DNA of 64,000 nt from Bacteroidales bacterium. GTDB taxonomy: Bacteria > Bacteroidota > Bacteroidia > Bacteroidales > UBA3663. The stretch lies in contig JAZNGG010000005.1 of NCBI GenBank assembly GCA_045576355.1, positions 2,419-66,418 on the forward strand, written 5' to 3'. A program made the translations under genes and the position numbers. The notes under the pieces were generated by a model. The model had not been told where the DNA came from and searched no databases. It saw only the letters and a list, made by a program, of their open reading frames with translations. Positions 42,486-51,679 of this stretch are shown piece by piece. Position 1 is the stretch's first letter. Every line of letters starts with the position of its first letter.

Positions 42486-44432
42486 ATGAAAAAACAACTC
42501 TTAGCCCTCTGTTTTGGGGCGACGTCACTCCTTCCGCTTTATGCAGAGAGTGTCACCGTAAAAAGTCCGGACACCCGACTCAGTGTTACTTTAGACTGTC
42601 CTCAGTCCGGCCTCTTGACCTATCAGATCTCATGCAATGGGAAAAACATGACCGAGGCATCCCCTTTAGGTCTGGCAACCAACATTGCTGACTTTACAAA
42701 TAATCTGTCTTGGATCGGACACAAATGCGACACCGTCACTGACTCCTACGACAACCCTAAAATCAAACAAAGTCACATAGATTATAAAGCGACCCGACTC
42801 ATTGCCTCGTTGAAAAACAGCAAAGGCAAACTCCTCGACATCGAGTTTCAGGTATCTGATGGTGCTGTAGCTTTTAGGTATCTCCTCCCCAAACAGGGAG
42901 AAACAGGAAGCGTCCGCGTACTCCGCGAAAGCACCGGTTTTAGTTTCCCGGAGGTCACCACTACATTCCTTTGCCCACAAAGTGATGCAATGATCGGATG
43001 GAAACGGACCAAACCGAGCTATGAAGAGATCTATCGGCATGAAGCTCCGATGAACGAACGTTCACAATACGGACACGGATACACTTTCCCCTGTCTTTTC
43101 CATGTGGGAGACAACGGCTGGATACTCGTCAGCGAGACCGGAGTGGATAGCCACTACTGTGCATCACACCTCAGTGATTGTCAGGATGGCACATACACCA
43201 TCGCTTTCCCCATGCCGGAGGAAAATAATGGCAACGGCACTGTCCAGCCGGCATTCTCTCTCCCCGGTGCCACACCTTGGCGCACACTCTCTGTCGGCGA
43301 GACGCTCAAACCGATCGTAGAGAGCACCATCGCATATGACGTCGTGCAACCTCTTTATGAGACCCAAAACAAATACCGCTTTGGCAGAAGTACCTGGAGC
43401 TGGATCGTCTGGCAAGATGCTTCGATGAACTGGAAAGATCAAGTCACATATATAGATCTCGCCGCTGACATGGGTTATGAATACATATTGATCGATGCCG
43501 GATGGGACCAAGCCCCCTCCATCGGCTATGAGAAGATGCCCGAACTCATCAAATATGCAAAAAGCAAGAATGTCGATGTCTTCCTTTGGTATAGCTCCAG
43601 CGGATATTGGAACGACATCGTGCAGAGCCCGACCAACAAAATGGACAACTCCATCATCCGAAAACGAGAAATGAAATGGATGCAACAAAACGGTGTCAAA
43701 GGCATCAAAGTGGACTTCTTCGGAGGAGACAAACAGGAGACAATGAGACTCTATGAAGAGATCCTGAGCGATGCGGACGATCACGGACTGATGGTCATCT
43801 TCCATGGCTGCACACTCCCCCGAGGATGGGAACGGATGTATCCCAACTATGTCGGCAGCGAGGCTGTGCTGGCAAGCGAAAACATGGTCTTCAGCCAATA
43901 TCACTGTGACGAGGAGGCCCGCAACGCGTGTCTGCACCCATTCATAAGAAATGCTGTGGCCTGCATGGAGTATGGAGGAACCTTCCTCAACCATCGTCTC
44001 GACCGAAGCAATCAAAGAGGTAAAGTCAGAAAAACCACTGATGTTTTCCAGCTTGCCAATACCATCTTATATCAAAACCCCATACAGAACTTTGCCCTCA
44101 CACCTAATAATCTGACTGAGGAGAAACAAAAAGTTTGTATCGACTATATGCGTCAAGTACCCACCACCTGGGATGAGACCCGATTTATCGAGGGCTATCC
44201 CGGCAAATATATTGTGCTGGCGCGACGTCACGGTGAGAAATGGTATATCGCTGCGGTCAATGCTACAGCAGAGCCACTACGACTCAACCTGACACTGCCG
44301 ATGCTGGCAGGCACAACTGCCGATCTCTACACCGGTGGCAATAATGCAGTCATCACTCCGCTGAAAGTAAAAAACAAAGGTGCGGTCAAACTCACCCTTC
44401 AGCCCAATGATGGCGCTGTCATCGTGAAGTAA
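42486..44432 (+). CDS. GH97 glycoside hydrolase
   Basis: Motifs TPWR, YILIDAGWD, GIKVDFF, FHGCTLPRGWERMYPN and VPTTWDETR. Confidence 0.93.
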   Translation: MKKQLLALCFGATSLLPLYAESVTVKSPDTRLSVTLDCPQSGLLTYQISCNGKNMTEASPLGLATNIADFTNNLSWIGHKCDTVTDSYDNPKIKQSHIDYKATRLIASLKNSKGKLLDIEFQVSDGAVAFRYLLPKQGETGSVRVLRESTGFSFPEVTTTFLCPQSDAMIGWKRTKPSYEEIYRHEAPMNERSQYGHGYTFPCLFHVGDNGWILVSETGVDSHYCASHLSDCQDGTYTIAFPMPEENNGNGTVQPAFSLPGATPWRTLSVGETLKPIVESTIAYDVVQPLYETQNKYRFGRSTWSWIVWQDASMNWKDQVTYIDLAADMGYEYILIDAGWDQAPSIGYEKMPELIKYAKSKNVDVFLWYSSSGYWNDIVQSPTNKMDNSIIRKREMKWMQQNGVKGIKVDFFGGDKQETMRLYEEILSDADDHGLMVIFHGCTLPRGWERMYPNYVGSEAVLASENMVFSQYHCDEEARNACLHPFIRNAVACMEYGGTFLNHRLDRSNQRGKVRKTTDVFQLANTILYQNPIQNFALTPNNLTEEKQKVCIDYMRQVPTTWDETRFIEGYPGKYIVLARRHGEKWYIAAVNATAEPLRLNLTLPMLAGTTADLYTGGNNAVITPLKVKNKGAVKLTLQPNDGAVIVK

Positions 44433-44720
44433 ATGACAAAGTCTTTGTGAAGCAATTATCTCTTTTACATTGCTCGCAAACTGAATCGACAAATAAAATT
44501 ACTAATGACGAGGGTGTCTCTCTAAACGAGGCATCCTCTTGTTGTATGAGGCTGGGTAAAAATGCAAATTAGGACACAGCCTCATAAAGTTTACAGACCA
44601 AACAAATCATTATAGCCCAACTAATTGATAAAAAATACATACTTTTGTACCGATTTTGTAACCTTTGACATTTTCAGATCGTCTAAAAGGCAAACAATAA
44701 ACAAAAACTATCTTTTTAAT

Positions 44721-45740
44721 ATGAAACATCTCAGATCTTTTACGACGATGATGGCTCTGTGCATGATCACAAGCCTCATGATGCCCTCAACAGCCTCAGC
44801 AGAAAATCAACAGGGAAAAACCGAACAGCAAGCGACAATCTCGCAACAGGGCATCACTCCCCTTACAGCCGAACAAGCAGCCAACGACTCCACTAAAAGC
44901 ACCAATAAAGTGCTCCAAATCCCATATATAGAGACTTTTTCACCGACAGAAATCGGCATCATCAGCATGCTCCCGGAGGAGCAAAGATTCAGAGCTTTTG
45001 AGAAACTCCTAACTACTCATGACCGAATCATAAAGGAAGATATGAGAATCAAACACAAACAGCAGATGGGCAACCAAAACGGAAAGGTGTTAAACTCATT
45101 TGTCCCCAACAAACTGGGTGGAGCCATATTTTTCACACTGATCGTTTTTATCATTTTCGGCACACTCCCCATCGCAGTCATCATCATCATCTGCGTCTGG
45201 CAACGCAATAAAACCCTCCGTCGTAAACAACGCGAGGACGTTCTCGTACAACTGGCTCAAGCCGGACAGACCATCACTCCGGAAATCATCCGCTCCTTAG
45301 GCATCAATGAAGCGCCATACGTCCATAATACCTACATCACCAAAAACGAAGTTGCAGGCAGTCGCACCTCCCATAAACCGGAGCACAACGACAACAACAT
45401 TAACTCTGATAGCCCTAAAAGTGCAAAGGAACAGGCAAAGGAGAAAAGTTCTGCACGAGAATACATCGCATATAATACTGCCAAAAAACAAACCATCGAC
45501 TACTGCATCAAGAAAGGGAGCACCGGTTTGATCCTCTGCATAATCTCCGTTATCATTAATAGATTTTATCCGCTTAATTTGGTCGCGTTGATCGCAAGTT
45601 GCATCTTTTTCGTACAAGCCGCATCACAATACCTCAAATATTATTACAACAAAGATAGCTACGTGGAGGAGCACGAGATTTCTCAAGAACCTACTCCATC
45701 GTCCCCAGAAAACAAAGAGACTCCGGCTCCCAATGCCTAA
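44721..45740 (+). CDS. DUF6249-like membrane protein
   Basis: Signal peptide, TM segment followed by RRKQR..LAQAGQTITPE, and two C-terminal TMs; precedes the ECF sigma gene. Confidence 0.65.
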   Translation: MKHLRSFTTMMALCMITSLMMPSTASAENQQGKTEQQATISQQGITPLTAEQAANDSTKSTNKVLQIPYIETFSPTEIGIISMLPEEQRFRAFEKLLTTHDRIIKEDMRIKHKQQMGNQNGKVLNSFVPNKLGGAIFFTLIVFIIFGTLPIAVIIIICVWQRNKTLRRKQREDVLVQLAQAGQTITPEIIRSLGINEAPYVHNTYITKNEVAGSRTSHKPEHNDNNINSDSPKSAKEQAKEKSSAREYIAYNTAKKQTIDYCIKKGSTGLILCIISVIINRFYPLNLVALIASCIFFVQAASQYLKYYYNKDSYVEEHEISQEPTPSSPENKETPAPNA

Positions 45741-45746
45741 AGCCCT

Positions 45747-46337
45747 ATGAAAACAACCTTTGAAGAGCTGACCTGGATAGCCCAGGTCGTGTTCAGGAAG
45801 GATGAAAGAGCTTTCAAACGGCTTGTGGACAGACATCAACAAAACATCAGACGTTTTTTCCTGATGCAAAGTTGTGGAGATACCGCCCTCAGCGACGACC
45901 TGGCACAAGAGACTTTTATTCGTGCGTGGCAACATCTGAGCGAGTTCAAAAAGGCAGCCGCATTCTCAACCTGGTTATATCGCATTGCCTATCACATCTG
46001 GCTCGATCACTGCAAGAGGCAACGAGAAATCTCGCACTGTGATCTGTGGAGAGAAGACGAAAATCTCCAGCAACAAACGTCAGAAATCAGGCGCGAAGAA
46101 AATGCCGAAGAGCAAATCATAAAGAGAGAAAAAGAGGTCTGGCTGCGACAAGGGATCGCCCAACTCAACGAAAACGAGCGCTGCTGCATCACACTCTTCT
46201 ATCTCGAAGAACTCTCCATCCGCGACATCTGCCGCATCACAGAGATGAGTGAAAGCCATGTCAAAGTCTCTCTATATCGGGGACGCATCCACTTGAAAGA
46301 GATCTTAAATCCCAATCGGTCATTAGATTTGGGTTAA
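45747..46337 (+). CDS. ECF RNA polymerase sigma factor
   Basis: DDLAQETFIRAW, FSTWLYRIAY and a region 4 HTH. Confidence 0.95.
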   Translation: MKTTFEELTWIAQVVFRKDERAFKRLVDRHQQNIRRFFLMQSCGDTALSDDLAQETFIRAWQHLSEFKKAAAFSTWLYRIAYHIWLDHCKRQREISHCDLWREDENLQQQTSEIRREENAEEQIIKREKEVWLRQGIAQLNENERCCITLFYLEELSIRDICRITEMSESHVKVSLYRGRIHLKEILNPNRSLDLG

Positions 46338-46353
46338 AAACACCTTCCGAACA

Positions 46354-46773
46354 ATGAAAAAAGAAGATTTAGAATTATATAACGAAAGAGAACAATGGCG
46401 ATCTGAAATCAGAGAGCGCCACGTCGTCCCACAACAAGATGAAGAGTTCTCCCGACGAGTCATGGAGCGACTCGCCCGAGAGCGGAGAGAGTCTCACCCC
46501 GTTCGTCAACGCTCTTTTGCCGCGAGATTATCTACGATGGCAAGCCGGCTGATATGCTCACCGATATGTACGACTTTGGTTATAATCGGTTGTTTAGGAG
46601 CACTATACACCCCCATCAAAGAGTGGATATTGGCGAGAGGCGCAGAGTTATACATCAGTGGATTCCCCATTCCGGATTGGAAAACATTACTGACCTATTA
46701 CTTTTCTCTCTGTCTGCTCTTGGGCATATTATGCTATGCCAAATATGACGAGATCAATGAGAGCCAGCCCTAA
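46354..46773 (+). CDS. Putative membrane anti-sigma factor (DUF5056-like)
   Basis: DEEFSRRVMERL plus two TMs, directly after the sigma gene. Confidence 0.65.
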   Translation: MKKEDLELYNEREQWRSEIRERHVVPQQDEEFSRRVMERLARERRESHPVRQRSFAARLSTMASRLICSPICTTLVIIGCLGALYTPIKEWILARGAELYISGFPIPDWKTLLTYYFSLCLLLGILCYAKYDEINESQP

Positions 46774-46899
46774 ATAAACTATGGCTGTCAGCTAAAACTT
46801 TAAATTGCATAAAATCCTGAGGGGGTGTCAAATTGGCACACCCTCTTGCACATAATTAGCTTAATTCGCTGTAACTAATTCCTTTACACCCCTCAAAAA

Positions 46900-47081
46900 T
46901 CAATCGCGCTCCGAGATGCCATGCTTTGCGGTAAATTCTGCAAATGAAATATACTTCATACACTACAATTATCGGCAAGGATTAGACCGATTATCTGTGC
47001 AAATGCAGCAATTCTTGCCGATAACGGCAAATTATAAATGTATTTCTACTCGATATTTTGATAAACAACTATGCAAAGTTA
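46900..47081 (-). pseudogene. Promoter, operator and 5' stub of an HTH-Fic-type gene
   Basis: -7 box TAACTTTG (47074-47081); inverted repeat TTATCGGCAAG/CTTGCCGATAA (46969-46979 and 47014-47024); ORF MKYISFAEFTAKHGISERD* (46959-46900). Confidence 0.55.
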
Positions 47082-47169
47082 TCTGATTTTGGGGAGACGA
47101 AGGTCCCCCCTTTCTTGTTTTTAAAATTGCATGTTGAAGCGGAAAAGGATAATCAAAGTCAATAATGAT

Positions 47170-47672
47170 AGAGGAATATATTACGATTTATTAACGCTCG
47201 TTTGTAATCTAAGCTAAACAAAAAGGAGGACAGATGCCACGCACTGCGCGAACAGAAAGATGGAGTTATCATTATCCGTATTTCCAATGGCATCAACAGG
47301 AACTTCATTCCTCGCATAACCGGATCATCACATTTGAGCCGCCACATAGAACAACGAGGCTACGCTCATGACACAACGAGGCTACGCTCATGACGCAACG
47401 AGGGTACGCGCGTTATAACATATACCGACGCGTTAGACAATAAAAGTAAATGAGTTATAAAACAAGAATAGCGGGGATAGGCATGATCTATCCTCGCTAT
47501 TTATAGTTTAAAGGTTGAATAGTTTAGGGGTTGAGGGGCTACGCCCTGCGATGGCTGATGCCTTTTCTTTCTCCTTTCCTCCTGAAGCAATCAATATCCG
47601 TACAAAGATACAACATCCGAAAGCCGATGTCAAGAGGGAGAAAGATTTTTTAACAACTGTGATTAACCATAG
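47170..47672 (-). repeat. ~510-bp non-coding element, copy B
   Basis: Reverse-complement homolog of 20136-20645, flanked by 28-bp direct repeats at 47138-47165 and 47671-47698. Confidence 0.88.
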
Positions 47673-47947
47673 CGGAAAAGGATAATCAATGTCAATAAAG
47701 GGAGTGAAGATGTCCCGATTTTACTCACATCATTTCATCGTTTAGAAAAGGGATTATCTTTGTCCTTGTAAGAAGGATAAACATTTATATAGATCGTTAC
47801 CCCCCCCAATCGGTCATTAGACTTTAGTATGTTTGTCTTATTATTTTGAGTAGAGATCTTATGTGTTTTGAATGAGAAAACACAACAAATAAACGAGAAA
47901 CTCCGGACTTTTTGAGAGAAATGTTGTTACTAATAAAAAAGGAGAAA

Positions 47948-48232
47948 ATGGAACTCAAACATCGCAGACTCATCCAATGGAGTCTCTCTATGGGACTTTG
48001 GTTTACACTATATGGCATTTATGTCACGACCGAACCGACAGAATGGGAAATCAGTCATGCACGAGAGTTAGAGTATTATCTCTCTGCGGATGAAGTTCCG
48101 ACCATCCGGCATATCCGTGCCGCTCAAGCACAAAAATTAAGAGAGACCCTCAGCGAGGGTTTTCCAGAGTTTATCCTCGGGGATGGGAGCTACGATGGTG
48201 ATCTCCTGTCTGCTTACCGGATGGACAAATGA
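47948..48232 (+). CDS. Small hypothetical protein (doubtful)
   Basis: One hydrophobic stretch, but the 3' end overlaps the rluA-family gene by about 95 bp. Confidence 0.3.
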   Translation: MELKHRRLIQWSLSMGLWFTLYGIYVTTEPTEWEISHARELEYYLSADEVPTIRHIRAAQAQKLRETLSEGFPEFILGDGSYDGDLLSAYRMDK

Positions 48233-48862
48233 GGCTTGACGCGAATGTAAGGCTATGCCTCCATCCGGATTAGAACGGGGAGCCCCATATTTGAGATCCC
48301 CCTTGATGGGGAGTCCTATGTGTGACAACTGGCAGCGGATCTGATGATGCCGGCCGGTGAAAAGTAACACTTCCAAAAGCGCGTAACGCTCACCTCGTGC
48401 CAATACCCGATAACGTAGTTTTGCCTCTTTAGACTCAGGGACAAGACGATCATAGGCAAAAGAGCGATTCTGCTTTTCTCGCCTTACCAACCAGTGAAGC
48501 AATTCTCCCTCCTCCGGCGGAATCGTCACTCCTGGTCTCTTCGCTTTGACAATCATCTTCTCTTGTTGCCACACATTGGGGACAATGCACCAATAAGTCT
48601 TGTGGACATCTCCTGTGGCAAACATCGCATTCATCCGTGATAAAGCCTTGCTCGTCTTGGCAAAAATGACAACACCCGTCGTCGGTCGATCCAGACGATG
48701 GGTAACACCCATAAAGACATTGCCGGGCTTGTGATCACGCTCCTTGATGTAGCGCTTTAGTGTCTCAGATAAAGGCTCATCGCCGGTCCTGTCGCCTTGC
48801 ACGATCTCGTGGCAAGTCTTGGAAACGGCGATGAGATGATTGTCTTCGTAGATGATTTGCAT
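48137..48862 (-). CDS. RluA-family pseudouridine synthase
   Basis: Motifs HRLDRPTTG, TGRHHQIR and GDLKYG. Confidence 0.95.
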   Translation of the reverse strand: MQIIYEDNHLIAVSKTCHEIVQGDRTGDEPLSETLKRYIKERDHKPGNVFMGVTHRLDRPTTGVVIFAKTSKALSRMNAMFATGDVHKTYWCIVPNVWQQEKMIVKAKRPGVTIPPEEGELLHWLVRREKQNRSFAYDRLVPESKEAKLRYRVLARGERYALLEVLLFTGRHHQIRCQLSHIGLPIKGDLKYGAPRSNPDGGIALHSRQASFVHPVSRQEITIVAPIPEDKLWKTLAEGLS

Positions 48863-48870
48863 GAGTCAGA

Positions 48871-49617
48871 TTACATGTTCATACCACCATCCACCTGAAT
48901 CACCTGACCGGTCACATAAGAAGACATATCTGATGCCAGGAATGTGCAGACATCTGCCACATCCTCCGGAGTACCGCCACGACGAGCAGGGATCTTCTTC
49001 ATCCATTCATTACGCACCTCTTCCGGGAGTTGTCCGGTCATGGCTGTAATGATAAAACCGGGAGCAACAGCATTGGCACGGATACCCTTAGGACCCATCT
49101 CCTGAGCAACAGACTTTGCCAAAGCGATCATACCTGCCTTGGAAGCAGCATAGTTAGCCTGACCGGCATTGCCATGCACACCTACGACACTGGCCATATT
49201 GATGATAGAACCACCGCGCTGGCGCATCATGATCGGGGTGAGGGCATGGATATAGTTGAATGCAGACTTCAGATTGACATTGATCACTGCATCCCACTGT
49301 GCTTCTGACATACGGAGCATCAAGCCATCTTTTGTGATACCGGCATTATTGACCAAAATATCGATACGGCCAAAGTCCTTGTGCACCTCGGCTACGACAC
49401 GCTCTGTGTCTTCAAAAGATGCTGCATTGGAAGCATATCCCTTGACCTGAACACCTAAAGCAGCGATCTCTGCCTCAGTGGCTTTACCATTCTCATCGAT
49501 CACGAGGTCTGTGAAAGCGACATTAGCACCTTCGGCAGCAAATTTAAGGGCAATGGCTTTACCAATGCCACGTGCAGCACCGGTCACAAGCGCTACTTTT
49601 CCTTCTAAAAGTTTCAT
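48871..49617 (-). CDS. fabG: 3-oxoacyl-ACP reductase
   Basis: Motifs TGAARGIG, NNAGIT and YAASK. Confidence 0.96.
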   Translation of the reverse strand: MKLLEGKVALVTGAARGIGKAIALKFAAEGANVAFTDLVIDENGKATEAEIAALGVQVKGYASNAASFEDTERVVAEVHKDFGRIDILVNNAGITKDGLMLRMSEAQWDAVINVNLKSAFNYIHALTPIMMRQRGGSIINMASVVGVHGNAGQANYAASKAGMIALAKSVAQEMGPKGIRANAVAPGFIITAMTGQLPEEVRNEWMKKIPARRGGTPEDVADVCTFLASDMSSYVTGQVIQVDGGMNM

Positions 49618-49733
49618 TGTCTGATTTATGTTTAAAGTGGTTATATGGATAATTTTTTATAATAACATTTGTCGAATCTTACCTGTTGAGAAGAATCATT
49701 CCTCCCTCAAAGAAAGAGCATCCGAGTCCACGC

Positions 49734-50318
49734 TTAATGTCGGCGCAAGAGTCCTTTGAAAATCATGGTGAATATCGTTTCCCGAATCTTGATGGTCGGG
49801 ACGCCCAAGTCTGCAAATTGACCACGTATATTGGGCAAGTCGAGTCCTCGCAACGCATAATGGATCGTAACAGCCACGACACTGGCACTTTCGATCTGGA
49901 AAGTCCCCTCCTCGATGCCTTGCTGCAATATAGATCTCAAGATGGAGAGTTCACGCACATCCAGACGACGACGAGCATGCTCCAGCTTTAATACATCTCT
50001 AAAGAAATCTGCTTTCAATGATCCATTACGCACTACAGTCTCTTTCACCTGATCCAAACGACGGAGAATATAAAGTTTCAGTTTCTCATCGGCAGGCATA
50101 GACATCGGCAGAATCTCCTCGATCCGCTCAATAATACGCCTCGTCTCGGTTTCGATGACTGCCATATAGATGTCGGACTTGCTTTTGAAATAGGTATAAA
50201 GCGTGCGGCGGCCCTTGGTTGACATTGCCGCAATTTCATTCATTGTCGTGCCGTCAAAACCCTTTCGGGCAAATAACTGACGGGCAACTTCTATCAGTTC
50301 TGAACGCGTATTATTCAT
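49734..50318 (-). CDS. TetR/AcrR regulator
   Basis: N-terminal HTH GRRTLYTYFKSK; conserved tetR-fabG-rluA order; -7 box TACTTTTG at 50342-50349. Confidence 0.93.
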   Translation of the reverse strand: MNNTRSELIEVARQLFARKGFDGTTMNEIAAMSTKGRRTLYTYFKSKSDIYMAVIETETRRIIERIEEILPMSMPADEKLKLYILRRLDQVKETVVRNGSLKADFFRDVLKLEHARRRLDVRELSILRSILQQGIEEGTFQIESASVVAVTIHYALRGLDLPNIRGQFADLGVPTIKIRETIFTMIFKGLLRRH

Positions 50319-50781
50319 TGCACATTCTCTTTTGTTTCGTGCAAAAGTAGTAATATTTCACATATTAGCAAGCAGTTCTTTCTATTTTTTACCCTTTCTA
50401 TGCACAGGTTTGCCGCTTTTGAGCAAAAACCCCTCCTAAACGAAGAGGTTTCCACTATGAATATCGCCGTACCGCCCCATCTTCCACTTCACTCGATAGC
50501 GAAGTCTTGTGAAACGAAATCATAATTGTATAATACTCCCCAATTTAGGAAAAAACATTGATTTGCTTGCCCATATCACATTATTTTCCTATTTTCGCGT
50601 CGTTAAACCCAAATCGATCTAATGACCGATAGGAGTGTAAAGAGCTGCCACAAGACCGGTGTATCGGGAAACACATGTGGCAGAAAAGCTATACTATATA
50701 CAATAATACAAATAAAAATGCGTTTTATATTAAATTAAAGCGAGTTAGTTATCCGATAATTTGAAGCATTAACTTTACATC

Positions 50782-51591
50782 ATGAATACTATTACACAAA
50801 AACTCCTACTTTTTATATGTGCGACTACCTTGATTATCTCTTGCTCAACGCCCAAAGAGGTGGTCTATTTTGAGGATTTACAAGGGGTGACCGAACCGCA
50901 AAAGATTTCCGACCTTACTTCTCGTGAACTTTTATTAGAACCGGATGATGAACTTTACATCACCGTTTCGGCACTTAATCCTACTTCTGTGGCTCCTTTT
51001 AACTTACCGCTCGTCACCTTTAAGGGTACTACCCAAAAAGATCTGAGTACCACACCTTCAGTCCAGACTTACCGCATAGACCCTAAAGGAGAGATCAATT
51101 TCCCAGTGCTCGGCAAGATTCAAGCTGCAGGAAAGACCCAAACAGAAGTAGCGAAGACGCTGGAAACAGAAATCTCCAAATATGTTGATAACCCCATCGT
51201 TACGGTCTATCTCGCAGGCGCTCGCGTAGCAGTCCTCGGAGAAGTAAATCGTCCCGGAAACATCTATTTCTCAGACAACAAATACAGCATCATTGATGCC
51301 ATAGGTCACGCCGGAGATCTCACGATACATGGGCGGAGAGACAACATCCTCCTGATCCGAGAAGAAGACGGGACTCGCAAGACTATACGTCTTGACCTGA
51401 CAGACTCCAACATCTTCAACTCTCCCTATTTCTATCTGAAACAGCACGATGTCATCTACGTAGAACCCAATGAGGCAAAATCTCGCAACAGCACTTACAG
51501 CCAGGCAAGCCAGTACTCTATCTCTGTAATCTCTACGATCGTGAGTGTTACTTCGGTCATTGTCTCACTAGTCATTGCCTTAACCAAGTAA
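50782..51591 (+). CDS. wza: Polysaccharide export lipoprotein (Wza/OPX family)
   Basis: Lipobox IISC; G.INFPVLGKI and SLBB motif GEVNRPG. Confidence 0.9.
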   Translation: MNTITQKLLLFICATTLIISCSTPKEVVYFEDLQGVTEPQKISDLTSRELLLEPDDELYITVSALNPTSVAPFNLPLVTFKGTTQKDLSTTPSVQTYRIDPKGEINFPVLGKIQAAGKTQTEVAKTLETEISKYVDNPIVTVYLAGARVAVLGEVNRPGNIYFSDNKYSIIDAIGHAGDLTIHGRRDNILLIREEDGTRKTIRLDLTDSNIFNSPYFYLKQHDVIYVEPNEAKSRNSTYSQASQYSISVISTIVSVTSVIVSLVIALTK

Positions 51592-51679
51592 CTCTCATAA
51601 TACTAGGACTTGGTTAAATATGGCGAAATGTACACGCTCCATCATTTCTAAAGACATCTACAAGAAATAATACACAACT

